From assembly GCA_965645245.1 (NCBI GenBank), contig OZ287073.1:1178001-1242000 (forward strand): a stretch of DNA of 64,000 nt, read 5' to 3'. The notes beneath the pieces are model-generated. The model saw nothing but the letters and a program-made list of their open reading frames with translations. It ran no database searches and had not been told where the DNA came from. Each line of letters begins with the position of its first letter. Position 1 is the stretch's first letter. Positions 9,061-23,422 of the stretch are shown here, one piece after another. Origin of the DNA: Massalongia carnosa (lineage: Eukaryota). Made by a program: the position numbers and the translations under genes.

Positions 9061-12000
9061 GTCTCTTTGTTGTATGAGTGAGATTGGTGAAAACTATGGA
9101 TCAGCAGTTTCTGAATAAAAGAGCAAGATTCAGAGATCATGATCAGCCTCTGCGCACCAGGTAGGGCGCACAAGTTGATGATGAACTGTCTGCTTAAGGA
9201 TACGTTGCTAAGACTGTAAAATGGCCGAACTAGATTTTCGGGTACGAAATAATAGGTTTCTGGCTTGTGCGAGGTTCTTGATAAATGAAAATGAGAACTA
9301 TATATTTAAAGAGGCTTAGGAGATAATAGATAGTAAATCCAATTTTTCCGTTATAAAATAATTGGTTCTTGACCTGTACAAGGTTTTGTGAGTATTTTCT
9401 ATTATGGGAAGACAAAGCTCTCTAAGACCGCAGGGGGCACATCGAGGTGATCGAGCTGAAGGTCCACTCAGAAAAGATTCCAATAGGACTAGAATGCTGG
9501 CTGTCCAGTTGAAATATTTGTAGCTGCTTATACTGCCTGTATTCAGCATTGAACGAATGTATCAGTCAACAGGGTAATAGAGTAACGCTACATATGCCAT
9601 CATACAAGAAGGCTAGCCCTCTCGGAATCGTCATCGTCAAACGATTTAGGTTTGAATGTCAACAATAAGTAGACCAGCGAGAGCATCATGTGCGTCGGTA
9701 CTGCAAAAATGCCACACTGCCCTGCAGAAGAGCGTTGTGCGGCCTGTCATGTTTATTCGCTGACGCGCTCCAACCGAAAATTATTGCACGCCATCCTAGT
9801 CTAAGCAATAACGGATATCCCCTTCGCTGCTGCTGCGATGGCACCACCTCACCAATTATTCTTGAAACTTTTTATCCTGGTGGGGATTTTTGTGATGATG
9901 CCATCATAGCAGTGAAAGGGATAACTTCCAATCGAGCGTTGGATTGGCCTAGTCATTCGCTACAGGGCTGCATTCGTCCGGGCTACCCTGACTTGGCAAA
10001 TTAGCAGATCCCCTGCCAACATTTGCGGATGATCTGCACGCCCATTAGTTTCATCCCCCCGTTTGAGAACCCCATTCGTAGCAGCCACCCATCGGCGAAG
10101 GCCATAAAGAAGAGTTTGAATAAGAATAGCCATGGCACCGCGGTCAAACATCGTATTGCCGGTGGCACACCCCACTCAGAACAAGCTCATAACACAGCGA
10201 AACCCAATATGTGTGAAATTAGAGAAACTAATGTGAACATATCTGGGCAAAAATGTATAGTAGCAGCAAAACTGAATGCTATCGCCGACGGTGAAATATG
10301 AAAGTAGGGTTGTCTTGAAGGAGGGCGATTGAATTCAGGCAAATAGAATATGTCAGGCTGAGTCTTTTAATGGGTTGATAGCAGAGGTATTCTGTAGGTA
10401 TTCTGTGTAATCCATCATCAACATCATCTGCTGTTCTGATACGTTCCTAGGATTGAGAGGTGAGGTAACGAGCCAGTCACGTGGTATCGCTTCGGATATT
10501 ACCGTTATGCTAAGCCAGCAATAGTTAGTAAATAACATGACTGACTGGTACACGTGACTTTATCAGTTCTCCTTCATCGCCGATCCCCAGATCTGCTGTA
10601 TACCCCCTGTATTCATCCTTCGCCCATTCACTTGATCAACTGGAGACGAATCTCTTGATTTCGTGGACTGTTGATCTGAAGAGCCCTCATGAGCCGCTAA
10701 AGAAAAAAGCTCTATCCTCTTCTTAACTACAACCACGAAAATTTCAGTACGGAAGCCTTCGAAAAACACAGTAATTGCAGCATTGAGAGATTCTCTTAGC
10801 ATAACACGCAGCTCGAGCGTTTACCTTGCACTTCTCACCTATTTGACCTTGATATTCTGTCCCTGGCATTTATTTCGTCTTCTTGAAGCAAAAACGCGGC
10901 TGTTAGCAGCTTGTGTCAAGAGCCGTGTTTGGTTTCTAGATCGCAGCTCCTGGTTTTGTTTCAGTTCGGCCGTTTCGAACTGTATAACTACAACGCAACA
11001 ACTCAGGAATAACATCGTTCAAGCCGAAGGCGTTGATATAGAACCTTATTTCACCTCTTCTTCGAAGCCTCAGGCCGTCCTATAAGCATTCCAAGCTCAT
11101 GAAGCACCTAAGCAGTAAGCTCGGGGAAAGTTGCGTATACCCGTTGCGGGCGAATAGCTTAGTTGACAACGCGGTTCCTTGCTCGGATATTTGAGACATT
11201 GAAGAGAAATTATCTCAAGTAGCCCGTTGAGCTTAGATCCTTTTGCGTCATTCATGGTTTCTCCGCTACGCATTTCTCGGTGAATTAAATATACAAGTCT
11301 GCATATTCTCGATTGAGTTCTCTTTTATCGCTTAGATTAACTCAAAGTTGTGCTGCCACTAGCACGGTCCCAATATACCCTTTCTCAATTTGGCCGTGTT
11401 GCATCTTATAACCTTTTGTTCATCCTTTTCGCTCTGGTGGCCCCGGTTGTATCTGGACCTATAGTCGTTACTATGCACTGAGCAACGCTTCAGTGGAGGA
11501 TCAGACTGCGGATATTGTTCGTATCGGTGCTCTAAGTAAGGTAATAACTGTCCATATTATGCATATGCGGTGAACGGAGACTGCCCTTTCGAAAGTGATG
11601 GGGGTTACGTAAGCCACAATACCTTTTCTAGAGCCGTATCTATTTAGGATGCTGACGAGGGATATCAAATGCAGCACAAAGCCTACAACGTATACATTGT
11701 CAACCATTGCATGAATGCAGAAATTATGGCTTGGAAAAGCAACACCTAAGAGCGCCGAACTAAAGCGGTCTTCAAACTAGTATGATATAAACACGCAATT
11801 GAGCGCACGGGCGAGTCTTCAATTCGCCTCTCATCTTCAGCGATAGCAAACTCTCATTGCCCCTTAGAGAGTGACACTATTTGTGTTGATGCAAGGACTA
11901 TGTTCTTCCCTCCTCCTAATGTTCTAACTCGATTAACCCTCGCCCTCGAATATAATAACCTTCTAATCCAAAGGCGCTATACGTTACTCTTGGTAGAATC

Positions 12001-13760
12001 GTTATACCACTTTCAGGCCACCAGCTGGTAGAAATACAATCAAAGACGAACCCGAAACCGAAACCGAAAACAATCAAGATACAAACAGGACTGAACAGTA
12101 AATCCAGCGTCGCCAAATCCGCCAGAATCAGAATCCTTGCAGCCATCGGTTTCCAGACCATTCAGTCTTCTCACGTCTGCCCCATTACCCGGCGTGAATT
12201 CTGTCTCTTCCTCCCAGGATAATGCAACATCGACGCCTAAACAAGTCTCATCTGGGATTCTTCAGGTTCAGACCTTGGTTGGACAGTGTTTTCTTTATTT
12301 CCACTAAGAGCAGCGGGGAAGATAACTCAAGCGCCGCCTCGGAGGCGATAAATTGACAATAGAGAGACTGCTGTATGAAGTCTGCTTCTTGGGGGGTTTT
12401 TTTCGTTCGGTAGAGAAGTGCCTTTGCATTTTACATTGTTTGGTTAGGACAGCATTATAAAATAATAAAATCGTATTGTCTTATCGGTCTTCCTCTTCCC
12501 CCTCCTCTGACTCCTGATTCTCATTCCACCGCCCATCCCTCTCTATCTCAATCAACCTCCGACAACCCAATCCACCCCCCCAAAATCAACTAGCTAATAC
12601 CAGACCAACTGAGAAGATCCGTCATCGTCGCTCTTTTCTTCTTCTCTTTCTTCTTTCCCTTTCTTCTTACGCACTCAGCACTTTCTTCCTTTCCTTTCTT
12701 TTCTTTTCATTTCAATCCTCTTTCCATCTTTCCCTCTCCTTCCTTCCCACTTCATCTTTTTCGCCGTCTTCCGCAACTTCATAAAACCTCTTCCAAAAAA
12801 TCCCCGACCTTGCATAGAAGAAGCTATGGACCGGTCTGAGAGTTTGGGGGGGGGGGGGGGGGAGAAAAAAAGATATATAAAGGTACGAAAGGTTACTTGA
12901 ATGAAAATAATTAAATTAATCTCTTTGCGTGCATGCGAATAGATGAAGACATATATATAGATATGTTATATAGATATTCGAATTTACTAAACTGATTAGC
13001 ACGAGTAATACGATAGAAAAGAACAGGGAAGAGAGAACGAGGATATGGACAAGGAGAAAGTAACAACAAAGCAAGAGACGAGATTTCGAGGATGAGATAT
13101 GGCATGTATCTTGATATTTGTTTATTTGTGTCTCTTTTCGATCAATGATAAGTTTAGACCTCAGCAACAAAATCTTTGTTTTTTTGTTATTTTCGGTTTC
13201 TGTTCAATCTGTCCTCTATTCCTTCATCATTAATCCATCCTTCGTTTGTTTTTCTTCCTATTCTCCGTCACTCATTGCTGGCAAACGAAGTCTTCTCATC
13301 GCAAAAGTAAAAAGTCCAAGACAAGATCAATTCTCTGATCTTTTTTTCGTAAGAAAGAAGAAAATATGGATCTGGAGTACCTACCAAACCGCCTATCTAC
13401 GCATCCCCCGACTCCATCCCACTCCTTCTGCATTTCGAAACGTGGAAGAAAAACAACACATCATCATGCCTCTAGTTAATACAGTAGCGTAAACATAAAA
13501 ACGTAAGCATGGTAAGCATCATCTTCTCACAACAACAATGGCATCTGCAACACCCTATCTCTTCCTCCTACTCCTCCCCCCTTTCGTAAAAGAATCTTGT
13601 CAATGACATATCTACACCAGTGGCAGGACTCAATCGAGTGAAGTAAAGCCAAATCGGAGCGAAACCCCAACCATAAACAATCCCCATGCATTAGTCTTTT
13701 CGAAACTCCAACACAAGAACCCCAAATTCATTTATCAGAAGTCATGAAAGAAGCATGGTT

Positions 13761-16356
13761 TCAACCAGCACCCCCCCTACCATGCCATTTCTTCAATGTG
13801 TCTTGCGCCGTGGCGATCTTCACCCCAATCCTCGCGTCTAATTCATAAGCTTCCCATTTCGCCGCCTTCTCCACCCACCCCTCGCATTCCCGCACCCAAT
13901 CCGTCTCGTCTCGCGCTTCCCCCTCTCCTTCCTTCTCACTCGCCTTCTCCTTCCCAGCAGAGACATGGCCTTCCCGCGCCACCGATTCGCCTGCTGCTTT
14001 CCGCATCCAGCAAATCACGCCCATCTCATAGTGCGCTGCGGGCGCCGTCCAGTCGTCCCGGTGATTACCCTTCAGCTCGGCTTTATCAATGCTCAAGGCT
14101 CCCGTGCGCAGGGCCTCGGCCGCGTCATTCCATCGGCCAAGGTTGCGGTAAACCACGCTACGAAGGAGGGAGAGGATAGCGTGCTCGTCGCGACTTTCGC
14201 GAGCCCAGGTCACGCTAGCGGTGGTAGATTCGCTCCACGCGAGCGCGACGAGGCTGGCATCTAATTGAGAAGGGTCCATACGTTTGTAGCCGTTCCAAAG
14301 GTATATCATTTCCTCGATAGGGCTAACGCCCACGGCGTCGATGAGGTCGGTCTTCCGTTCGTGTGCGCGCTGTTCCCACTTGGTGAGTTTTCGGGTGACG
14401 AAAATGTCAAACGGCAGCTGCCGGGCCATGAATTTTTTCTTGCCGGCGTGTTTGGGGGCTTCGCGGAGAAGTTCGGTAGCTTTCTTCGCATGGAGGGCGG
14501 CTGCTTTCGGGGAGCTGATCTTGTAATGACGATAAAGCTCGACATGCGCAGCGCCAGCAATATAGTAGTATAGCGCGTGAGACCAGTTGTTAAGGGAGAC
14601 GCAGGCGATGAAAGAGGTGGCACACAAAGTATAGTCATGCATGTACATTGCGTCAAGAGATGTTTCGAACATATTAAGAGCTTCGACTTGCTTAAGGGGC
14701 GATTTAGACGATCCTTTGAGAAGCGCTATGGCGGAGGACAGACGACGGTTCGCGGCGTGCATGCGCGCTTCTTCAAGTAGCCAGAGGTGTGACCTGGGAT
14801 GGCGAATGCGCATGTCTGCCAACAAAGCATCACAGCGTTCCTTCGGGTAGCCCTCAACCGAATCGTCTCCATGCGCGGATAAAGTTGGGTTGGGTAGGAT
14901 GTCGGAAAAGCCGACAATGGTGTTGTAATAGCCCAGGAGGATCAACCCCGCCATCGCTCCATTGATATTGTGAAATTTACTCGCTTGCCAAAGCATTCGG
15001 AGACCGCGGTCGCGGTTGCCACGGAAGCCGATGATGAAGAGAAGTTTGCTGAATGCAGGGGGGATCATAGAGATCATCAGCAGAAGCATTCCAAAACAGA
15101 GATTGGCACCAGTGTGAACAAAGACATGGATTGGGTTAGCAAAGACCTCGGAGTCAGGGTTATGGTCTAATATCCCTTCTCGGTAGGGTAGCATTTTAGG
15201 AGATAGGGGATGTTCCAAACGGTCAGTGCTATTAGCGTCGATAGCGGGTTCAGCTAGTTTGACTTCTCTGCCGTCCACTTCCGCATGCCCGGTATATGCT
15301 GCTGGCTTGCTTGCATCATCAATTGCCTCATCTGCATCATAGAACTCATCCTCATCATCATCTGAAAAGTGCTCTTTCTCAGATCCTGCTCTTGAGTTTC
15401 GTGCCGCCATAGAGGTCGCCGTTGGCTTATCGGCACGATGAAGTGAAGATATTTTATCTTTCTGGTCTGTATCTCTACCCTTCATTAAGCTTCCAAACCC
15501 GCCGGGCATTGCCCGTAATGACCTTGCCGAAGCATTTGATTTTAATGATTCCACCGATTTCCTTCTAGGAGTATCATGGCCTAGGCCAAGCTGGGCTCGC
15601 ATGTATCTCGCCTCAGCATCGAGAATGCCATCCAGAGTAATATATGCTTTCCGTAGCTTGTAAAACCCACGGATGCTCTCCGTCAGACTCTCATTTAGAA
15701 CGCCAACAACAGCGCTCATTAGCTGTGACTGAGCATGACAAAGAGCAAACTCGGATCCTACCGGATATAATGAGGATCGGTAAGCATGAGAATCGCGCTG
15801 CGCACGTCGATGATCCGCTGAAGCTTGAACTTCAGCATCAGAGAGTCTTTCGGAGGCTGCCGGGCAAAAAAGATTCAGCAAACATAAACAATCAGGCCGA
15901 ATTTTCGAACCTACCCTCTCGCATAATTTCGGGTTCGAATCCTAGTGTTGCTCTCAAGAACGTTATCATGCCCTTGCCAAGCTATAATGTGCTCAGACAA
16001 TCTTATCAGCGAATGTCCCCCTTTCGAAATCAGCCATGGCTGTATTCGGCTTGAAGAGGATTGTGTATACCTTATGGAACGAGGAGTTTCCCTGAGTTAG
16101 GCCAGCTTCAGCAGCGTCTAAGTCGTCATTCATGATATGCATTGCCGCTGCAACCGCTCTCAGTCAGCTTTTCTCAAACAGAGGGGCGATCCAAATCGCA
16201 CCCCGCATCGCTATCTCTACTAATATGAAATTCAGCTCATGAAGTGGGAACAACAGATTGCTATAACAAACAGTTTTGAGGTTCATCCAGCGCATTCAGA
16301 GAGTGGGTTGAGGCATTGAGCTGGCCCTTCTTGGTTTGGAGCCATCCTCGCAACAT
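13761..16356 (-). CDS. IML2: IML2/TTC39-family protein, multi-exon
   Basis: N-terminal exons MLRGWLQ..., AAMHIMNDDLDAAEAGL, FLRATLGFEPEIMRE. Main exon with YPVGSEFALCHAQSQLMSAV, IPPAFSKLL.IIGFRGNRDRGL and C-terminal WEAYELDARIGVKI. Confidence 0.88.
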
Positions 16357-16740
16357 GGTGCTCTCCTGACAACTCGTGCATGTAAAGTTTGTCCCTTCCT
16401 CAACGCGATGATGTGGAAAACAAGATGAAATTAAAAGTTATTGTTGACACAGGTAGAACATCTCGGTCTTGGTGGGTATCAGCATCATTTAATAATACAG
16501 ACTAGGATGCTGCAGAAGCATCCGCGGTTGACATCGTAATCGAAATGTCCCAGTCGGAGGATATCTAGTTATTCGCGGCACGCCAAACGGTGTCAATTGC
16601 GCATGCTTCTAAATCCTGCGCTAATGAGTCAGCTTAGTTAGGTACCGCAATTTCCTGTCAGCGAGAGTTCTCCATTCAAGCTCAACAATCACCTTCAAAC
16701 AATCAGACCATCCCCAAAGTCATCCGGTCCAGCCTCCACC

Positions 16741-17190
16741 ATGTCAGCCGCACCAGCGGGTTCCGCCCCAACTACAAAAGCCGCGGTTTCCGACTCAACC
16801 TCATCTTCCAAATTTAAAGATCCGCCCAAGCCCGCCACGGCGCTGGAAGAAGACGATGAGTTTGAGGATTTCCCGGTCGACGGTAGGTTTCTTCTTGCGC
16901 TTCGGAGGCCTTGAATTCGTCTTATTTGATCAAAGATGCTATCCATGAGGGCTGACGAGTGCTTTTTCTGGTGGATGTAGATTGGCCGCAGGAAGACGCA
17001 GAGGTACCTGGCGAAGGGGGCAACACCCATCTTTGGGAGGAAAGCTGGGACGACGACGATACGAGTGAGGACTTTTCTAAGCAGTTAAAGTGAGTGGACC
17101 TGATGACCGACTGCTGCCTTTGAGTGCGAGAAAGAGCGGGCTAATATTACCTGCAGACAGGAGTTGGAGAAGGTCAAGGGCAAGAAATAA
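16741..17190 (+). CDS. SEM1: 26S proteasome lid subunit Sem1/DSS1
   Basis: Spliced product (introns ~16883-16980 and ~17090-17156) contains LEEDDEFEDFPVDDW and HLWEESWDDDDTSEDFSKQLK. The ORF track misses it. Confidence 0.93.
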
Positions 17191-17758
17191 TAGGGAATAT
17201 TCAGTTCTCAGGCAGGTAATTGGTGTTCATTCGAATATAGAGGTCGTTTTGCTGCAGATAGGATCAATCCGCAGAATGACTTTCTGTACTCGTTCGCAAG
17301 TATTTCATAACTTATGCTATGACAAGATTCTAGACTGCATATAGCACAAAATTTAAAGCTCCAGTATGCTGATACTCCAGCCAGCATAGCAGATTGATCG
17401 CCATTCCCTTCATCAGGATCGACCTTGCGGTCATAGCTTGCCTGCTGTCTATTGTCCGGAGGGCAGCGCTAAAGGCCTGCCGCAAATCATGACCTAGACT
17501 GATCTCCCGCGGATCTTGAAAAGACGCCTGGTGATTAGACACTTTTAATGGCATCTTGGTGTACTTATGTCTGCTGAATCCCCAAAACGCCGAGCCATGC
17601 TCGCTAAATCAGAGCTACCTGCTACGACTAAGTTCCCCATAGTCCACCCCAGAATCAAGGCTATGGTAGGGTGTCTATGTACTTTTCGAATGTTCTGTCT
17701 TCATTGTTATGGCCAACGTCTAGACAGATTTCGCCCGACCAAAAGGAGTAAAGGAGTA

Positions 17759-19336
17759 TCAAGCTCCTTCAACAAACCGTGATTCCCTTAAGGGCAGAGA
17801 ATCTCGGGTCTTTTTGTGTAATTTCTTTGTCTGTAAATTGCCTCCATTCTCTATGTCATGTCCAGAATTTCTGTTGCGGCTTGTCTGAGGTCTATCTAAG
17901 GTGCCGGGTCGGAGAATCTCAAATCCTGAATTAACCTTGCGGACAACTTGTGATTTTCTCGACTGTGGAATCATCCCGTCAATCTGCGCTCCTTGCCCCG
18001 CACGTGGTGGAGGCACCGCCTCGTCTTCGTCTGACAATGAGAATCGAGGTTTTGGGACATCGTGGCCTTGGTTCTCTGGGGAGGTGATGGGCTTCACACC
18101 ATCTTCCTTGGGGCTGCTTGAAGGGGTCTTGAAAGGATCATCATTATTACCTTCGTAAAGAGGCGATGGAGGTCCTGCAAAGTAATACTTGTGCTCGGCA
18201 GGGTGTGTACCAGGCGTCCAATCATTCTCAACTCCACTGAGCCGTATTTGAGGAACTATCTGGCTACGTGCAGCATTTGAGCGCTCTTGGGTTGATAGAC
18301 TGTCGGGATGATTCTCGTTGTTAGCAGAGACTAACTGGGACGTGCCTGGCTCTAGCCAAGCATGATTGGACCTTGGCTCTACTTCTCGAGATTTGCGAGG
18401 AGTGACATTCTCAACGCTACCTAACGACGCTGACCATGACCCAGGGCCGGTTTGGTCCTTAGAGCTTTCGTACGATTCTTACCTTAAGTATTAGCAGCCC
18501 GTCATGTTTAAAGCGGAGGGCACCACAAAACGCCTAACAACTTACCATCAGAAACATTTCTCCGTTGGTTCAGCAAGCGTCCTTCAAGAACGGCCATTGC
18601 AGCGGCATTCTCCACATCCTGGGAATTACTGAACCTTAGATGGGAGGAACGGCGCGGCTGATAGGTTGTATGACTTCGAGAACCATAATCTAAAGCTATG
18701 GGACTATGCCCGTTCGGCGGCCTTTCTGCGGATAGACCTCGCTCAAACGGCACGTTGACAACTGCCGAAGATGGCCCAGATCGGACGGGAAGGGCTCCTG
18801 GATAGCCGTGGACTGGTAAAGGTATTTCTAAGCGTGAGATATTCGAAGTTGACGATGTTCTATCCGGCGACTCGGCCCTCCGCACAGGACTTGGTCCAAC
18901 TGAAGCAGAGGATATAGGACTATCTGGTACACTCGGAGCAGGGGTATTTGATCTCGATATCCACACCCCATCTACCTCTATTCCACTTTCAATGGCACGA
19001 ACCCCAAACGGCACTTCTGCACCTCTCCGTCGCTGAACGCTTGCAGTTTGTTGCATTTCCTGACGTTGAGCAGCCTTTGCCGCCGCAAGGGCGGTATATT
19101 TTCGGAGCCTCCAGTGGTTATATACCAGCTTGAGGCAGCCAAGACCTATGACGGCAAGCTGAGAATGTGAGCGTTGAGTTTGCTTCAGAATAGGCAGCGA
19201 ATCTTACAATCCCACACGCGAGCACCTATAATCGATACTTGTCAGCGTGCTAGGCCCTCTGGGCGAGAGGACGTGGTGAACTTACGAAGCACATCTTCTC
19301 CCACAGCTGCCATGACTCAAAGAACTTTTTCGACAT
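17759..19336 (-). CDS. Conserved fungal hypothetical protein with a probable N-terminal membrane anchor
   Basis: Start MSKKFFESWQLWEKMCF, then short hydrophobic exons, the motif VPFGVRAIESGIEVDGVWISRSNTP and C-terminal QVVRKVNSGFEILRPGT. Exon structure is approximate. Confidence 0.7.
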
Positions 19337-21869
19337 GATTGTCCAGAGCTCCTTCTGTTTCGGTCGATATTTTCTGGCTGGCGCAGCCAAATTATCAAAT
19401 TAAGCTCGATGTGATTAGAACGATAGGTAAAACTGGCGTGGAAAACGAATGTTAAGAATGGAAAGGGTGATGTGGATTAACGAATGTAGGATGCTGAGTT
19501 TGAAGGTGTTTCGAGAGCTAGGAGGAAGAAGGATGTTAGACCGGGGGAAAAGTGAATGTTGGTTTCATGACTACAAGTGATGGTGTGTGCTCGGATGGAC
19601 GCCGATGATTAGAGAAATTTGGTAGGATGCACAAAATACTACCCAACCCAAGTACAAAGTTTAACGGAATGCTCACATTAAAACGCCGAAGAGGTTCAAT
19701 ACATAGCAGGAACGGAGTTTAGCGAGAACTTTTTGGTCGATCTCAAACAGTGGAGGCTTTTTTAACGACGTATCCTTGTGCGGAAGAAGTGGAAGAGGAA
19801 GTAGGGATCACCGAGTGGGAAGGGGTCCAGCGACCACCGATTTTCTCCGTCTTTTTCTTTGCGCGTGTATTCCCACTTTAATTCTCCCTTCCCTTTTCTC
19901 GGAAACAGGTTGTCGGAGGCACACCGATCCCAGCCAGTGATGAAGGACCAACCAGGACTGGGGCCAAAAGTATGCGATGTGGATGGGTAAAGAATTCAGG
20001 ATGCAGTTTCAGCGAGGGGAAGGGGGTTGGGCTGTGGTGGGATCTGTTTGCGTGCTCTTGTGCCTTGCTTCGTGCGTTCCCAATCCCTCCAAACTGCCTG
20101 AATGTTGTGCCCCGTCCCCAAACACCCAATGTCTAGATGATTAAGTCCCTTTTTCTACGGAATTATGCATGCAACGGTATTGCTGGGTTGCATTCTTATG
20201 CGCTCCACGATTGACGCCAGGTGCGGATAGAAGCGTGATTGCGTGGTATACTCATGCTGCAACCTCATCGACGATAGGCGGAGGGGTGGAGATGAGAATT
20301 ACTTCGTACTGATATATTTATGACAGATTATCCCATCATATGCGCTTTTAAGTGTAAGTTTATGATCGACCTTACATGGAAGATGTTCGTGCTCTAAACC
20401 CTTTCGAGTTCACATGGTGGCCAAAAAGCATTGGAAACCCGGCTTAGGTACTTTGTACTCTGTACTCTGTACGGAGTAAGAAAGGTCCCAAGTCCACCAA
20501 GTTCCGCACCAAGTTCCGCACCAATCATCAACCACCAATTCCCGAGACATTGATGCACTCTGTCCCAGCACCTTCACTTACTATTTTTCTTAAACTTTTC
20601 TTTTCCCATGCCACCTCGTCGCCTATCGTTCCTGCACTCCAAACATCTCCACCTCGGCGCTGCAAGATCTAATTTCCATCGTCCCCTGAAGCCTTGCAGC
20701 ATCATTTCTAGAGCCTGGGCTGTGAGCAATGATGGAGATCCGACCGTGACGGGAGAGGGAGTTGATGGGCAGAATCAATGAAGTCATAGCTCAGTCGCTT
20801 GGCAAGTGTCTCACATCGAAGTGGATCCCTCTGGGCAGTCTCCCTCTCCCTCCAGTCTCCCTCCACCACCTGGCTTCGCCCGATCAGGCACAAGTGCCTC
20901 TTACGACGTAACAGGTTTCCCTGATTCGTACAACGTTGGCGATGATAGTTGGTCCAAATACCTTTTCGAACCCTGAGACACGGTTGCACCCCGCGGTGGC
21001 GCTTTAGCGGCACATCAGGGCACATCACGAACATCTAGCGGGCTACTAGCCCAGTACGATATCGATTCTGGATGGCGCAAGTATACCCGATGAGCTAAGG
21101 ATAGATCTTGAACGTGACGTCGGATTGAGCCACAACAACGAATCTCAAGTCTCGTGCATAATGAACAGTTACTGGCCGATGATAGGATGGCAGCAGTGTG
21201 AAAGAAGAAGAACTCACATATAGAGTACCCGGAGTCACACCGAGAGCTACACTGTACATGCACGTACTGTTTAACCCTCGAGAGGCACCCCAGTTACAAT
21301 AGTTATGGCTGATCATTGTACTCTGTAGAGAGTACGGAGTACAATTGATAAGTTCGCACATATGTCCACTCGACTACTCTTAGGCTCTGGGCCAGCAATG
21401 GACATCCTCGACTACTAATACATCTTTAATCCAGAATGAATGGTGCATATGAACCACTTCGTGAAAGCCAGATTCCAAACTGGAGTTCGGACCTGGTTAA
21501 CTAAAGACCAGATCAATTGGCTCGATTATTCGGCCACCTTTGTCGTAACTGTTTTATTCGTCAAAATAGATATCTGAATCAATCCTCCTCGTACAACCCT
21601 CGTATCCCCATCGTGTTGTTGACGGAGTTTGTACAAATTGCGGAGTACAGAGTACAATGCTGATAAAAGATGTGTTGGAGCTCGCTGCCGAGCTTGCGAA
21701 GCCATCCAACGTCAAGTGCAACGCGGCTTCCCACTTTACCGAGGATCCCTCGTCATTGATCAGGCTATCCATAGCTCATCCCATCAACAACCACGTCCCT
21801 TAAAGCTTCATCGTCGCAGCACAGAATTACTAGCATACCAAACCCACACCGCATCTTAATTGTTTCGCT

Positions 21870-22773
21870 ATGCCCCCATTCCGCAATCCGTTCGGCCGGA
21901 AGCCACCAGTTGCCAACGGCACTACCTCGGTCCAAGATGAGAATTCACGACCTGGGGCGCCAAATGGAATCGAGAAGGACCCTTTGAGGCCTGATTATGC
22001 AAGCTCGCGGGCATCATCGTCATTGAGCATAAAGGCTAGGAAAGAAGAGCCAAGCGAGTACAAACTCAGCGGTATGTATGGTTGCTTGTGTCCACCTCGA
22101 ATACCGCAGCTAATACCAGCACAGTGGTTAACGATAACGGCGTCTATCTTCCTGTACATATTCCTCGGCGCGATCCCATAGGTAGCGCTGATGACGATCC
22201 AATAGCCCTCGCCCACAGAAAAAAAGAGTTTCTGGCAGAGGACAGCCTCATCTACAACAACGTCAAGCCATCGTAGCATGCTAAGTGACAATGAACCATT
22301 CTCAATATCTCGAGAATCATTCGAATCCTATCGGAGATCTTTTGTATGTCGGTCCCTTTCCACGTTCGAGCGGTAACTAAGCGTATGCATAGGATATCTC
22401 AGCCCGCTCCCCTGTAAACCCCAATGGACCCGCCACGACCCGGCAGAGTCTTGACTCAAGAATCGCACGACCGATGCGGCCGGGAACCAGAAGCTCCGGT
22501 CAATCAGAACGGCCACAACCGACCGAGGAGGAGAGATTTGAAGACGTCGGGCTGAATGATGATTCGAAGTTGGCGCCAAAGAAGAAGGGCATTTTTGCAC
22601 GTTTTGGCGATAACTCCGAGAACGCTTCTACGAGCGATACATCCCGACCAAGTTCTAGCCATCGCGGCTTCCACCTCCCTGGTAGGAAGCGGGGGCAGAG
22701 TGGCCAAGGCGCCGAGCTAGGGAACATCGATCGTCCACCCGTCAAAGGCGACGATGACGGTGTTATTCGATGA
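21870..22773 (+). CDS. Conserved fungal hypothetical protein, about 4 exons
   Basis: MPPFRNPFGRK start. Exons join as EYKLS/VVNDNGVYLP/PSPTEKKSFW...EPFSISRESFESYRRSF/DISARSPV...EERFEDVGLND, using canonical GT..AG introns. Confidence 0.75.
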
Positions 22774-23422
22774 TCAATGGCTGATCTGAAGTAGTACCCG
22801 TTCTTGTAGGAGTGGATTTTTGGCTGACCATAGTGAGAGGGTTTCCGGTGGTGAATTATGAGTTATGGAGCCTAAGAATTATGGAGCCTAAAATCCTTTA
22901 AAGAAAGAGCTGGAGTTCGGGTATACCACCACAGTCGTTATAGGGCGCATTGGTTGCAAGTGATGATCCACCTTACTGTCTACGGGGTACATGGGGTGAT
23001 ATATGGCTTCCTGTATTAGTGGCTTAATGTGGTGATGGTATAGGAGCGATGCTTTGCAAAGCACAAAGCTGAGAGAGCGCGTGTACACCCGGTGGAAGGC
23101 TCGCCAGGGTCTAGAGCAGACATGATAATAATACGTTTTATTTCTTGGATTGTTCATGACTTCTTGGGGTGTGCAGAAAATGGATATCCCAGCACATATG
23201 GCGTTTTCCAGATAGTGCGATTCAAAATCTCCATGGAAGCCAAAAGTCTATTCCTTCCGCTAGAGTAGATTATAGCTTTCTCGGGACCGAACTTTTGTTG
23301 TCAAACTTAATTTTTCATTATGGATGTAGCCCTAATCATATCGGGGAAACAGCTCTACGAACGAACCCACTTTTGCATCGAGTTTGTTCCACCCTGACAA
23401 AACCCAATTCATTCGTGAAAGA

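Noticed and set aside
10476..10558. Inverted pair of GTCACGTG boxes
   Set aside because: Could be bHLH (Cbf1-type) sites, but they are short, not near a supported gene start and show no TSD or other element features.
9690..12200. Several 70-105 aa ORFs upstream of the PTH11-like gene
   Set aside because: No recognisable domains, flanking frames are full of stops, and I could not build a consistent spliced model.
12480..13500. Purine/pyrimidine tracts, a poly-G run and ORF 13118-13492
   Set aside because: Low-complexity intergenic sequence; the ORFs reflect composition only.
13796..15170. Plus-strand ORFs opposite IML2 (and similar shadow ORFs opposite PUF6, the 31045 gene, LOV, E2 and ATP10)
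   Set aside because: Antisense or alternate-frame shadows of GC-rich exons with no independent motifs.
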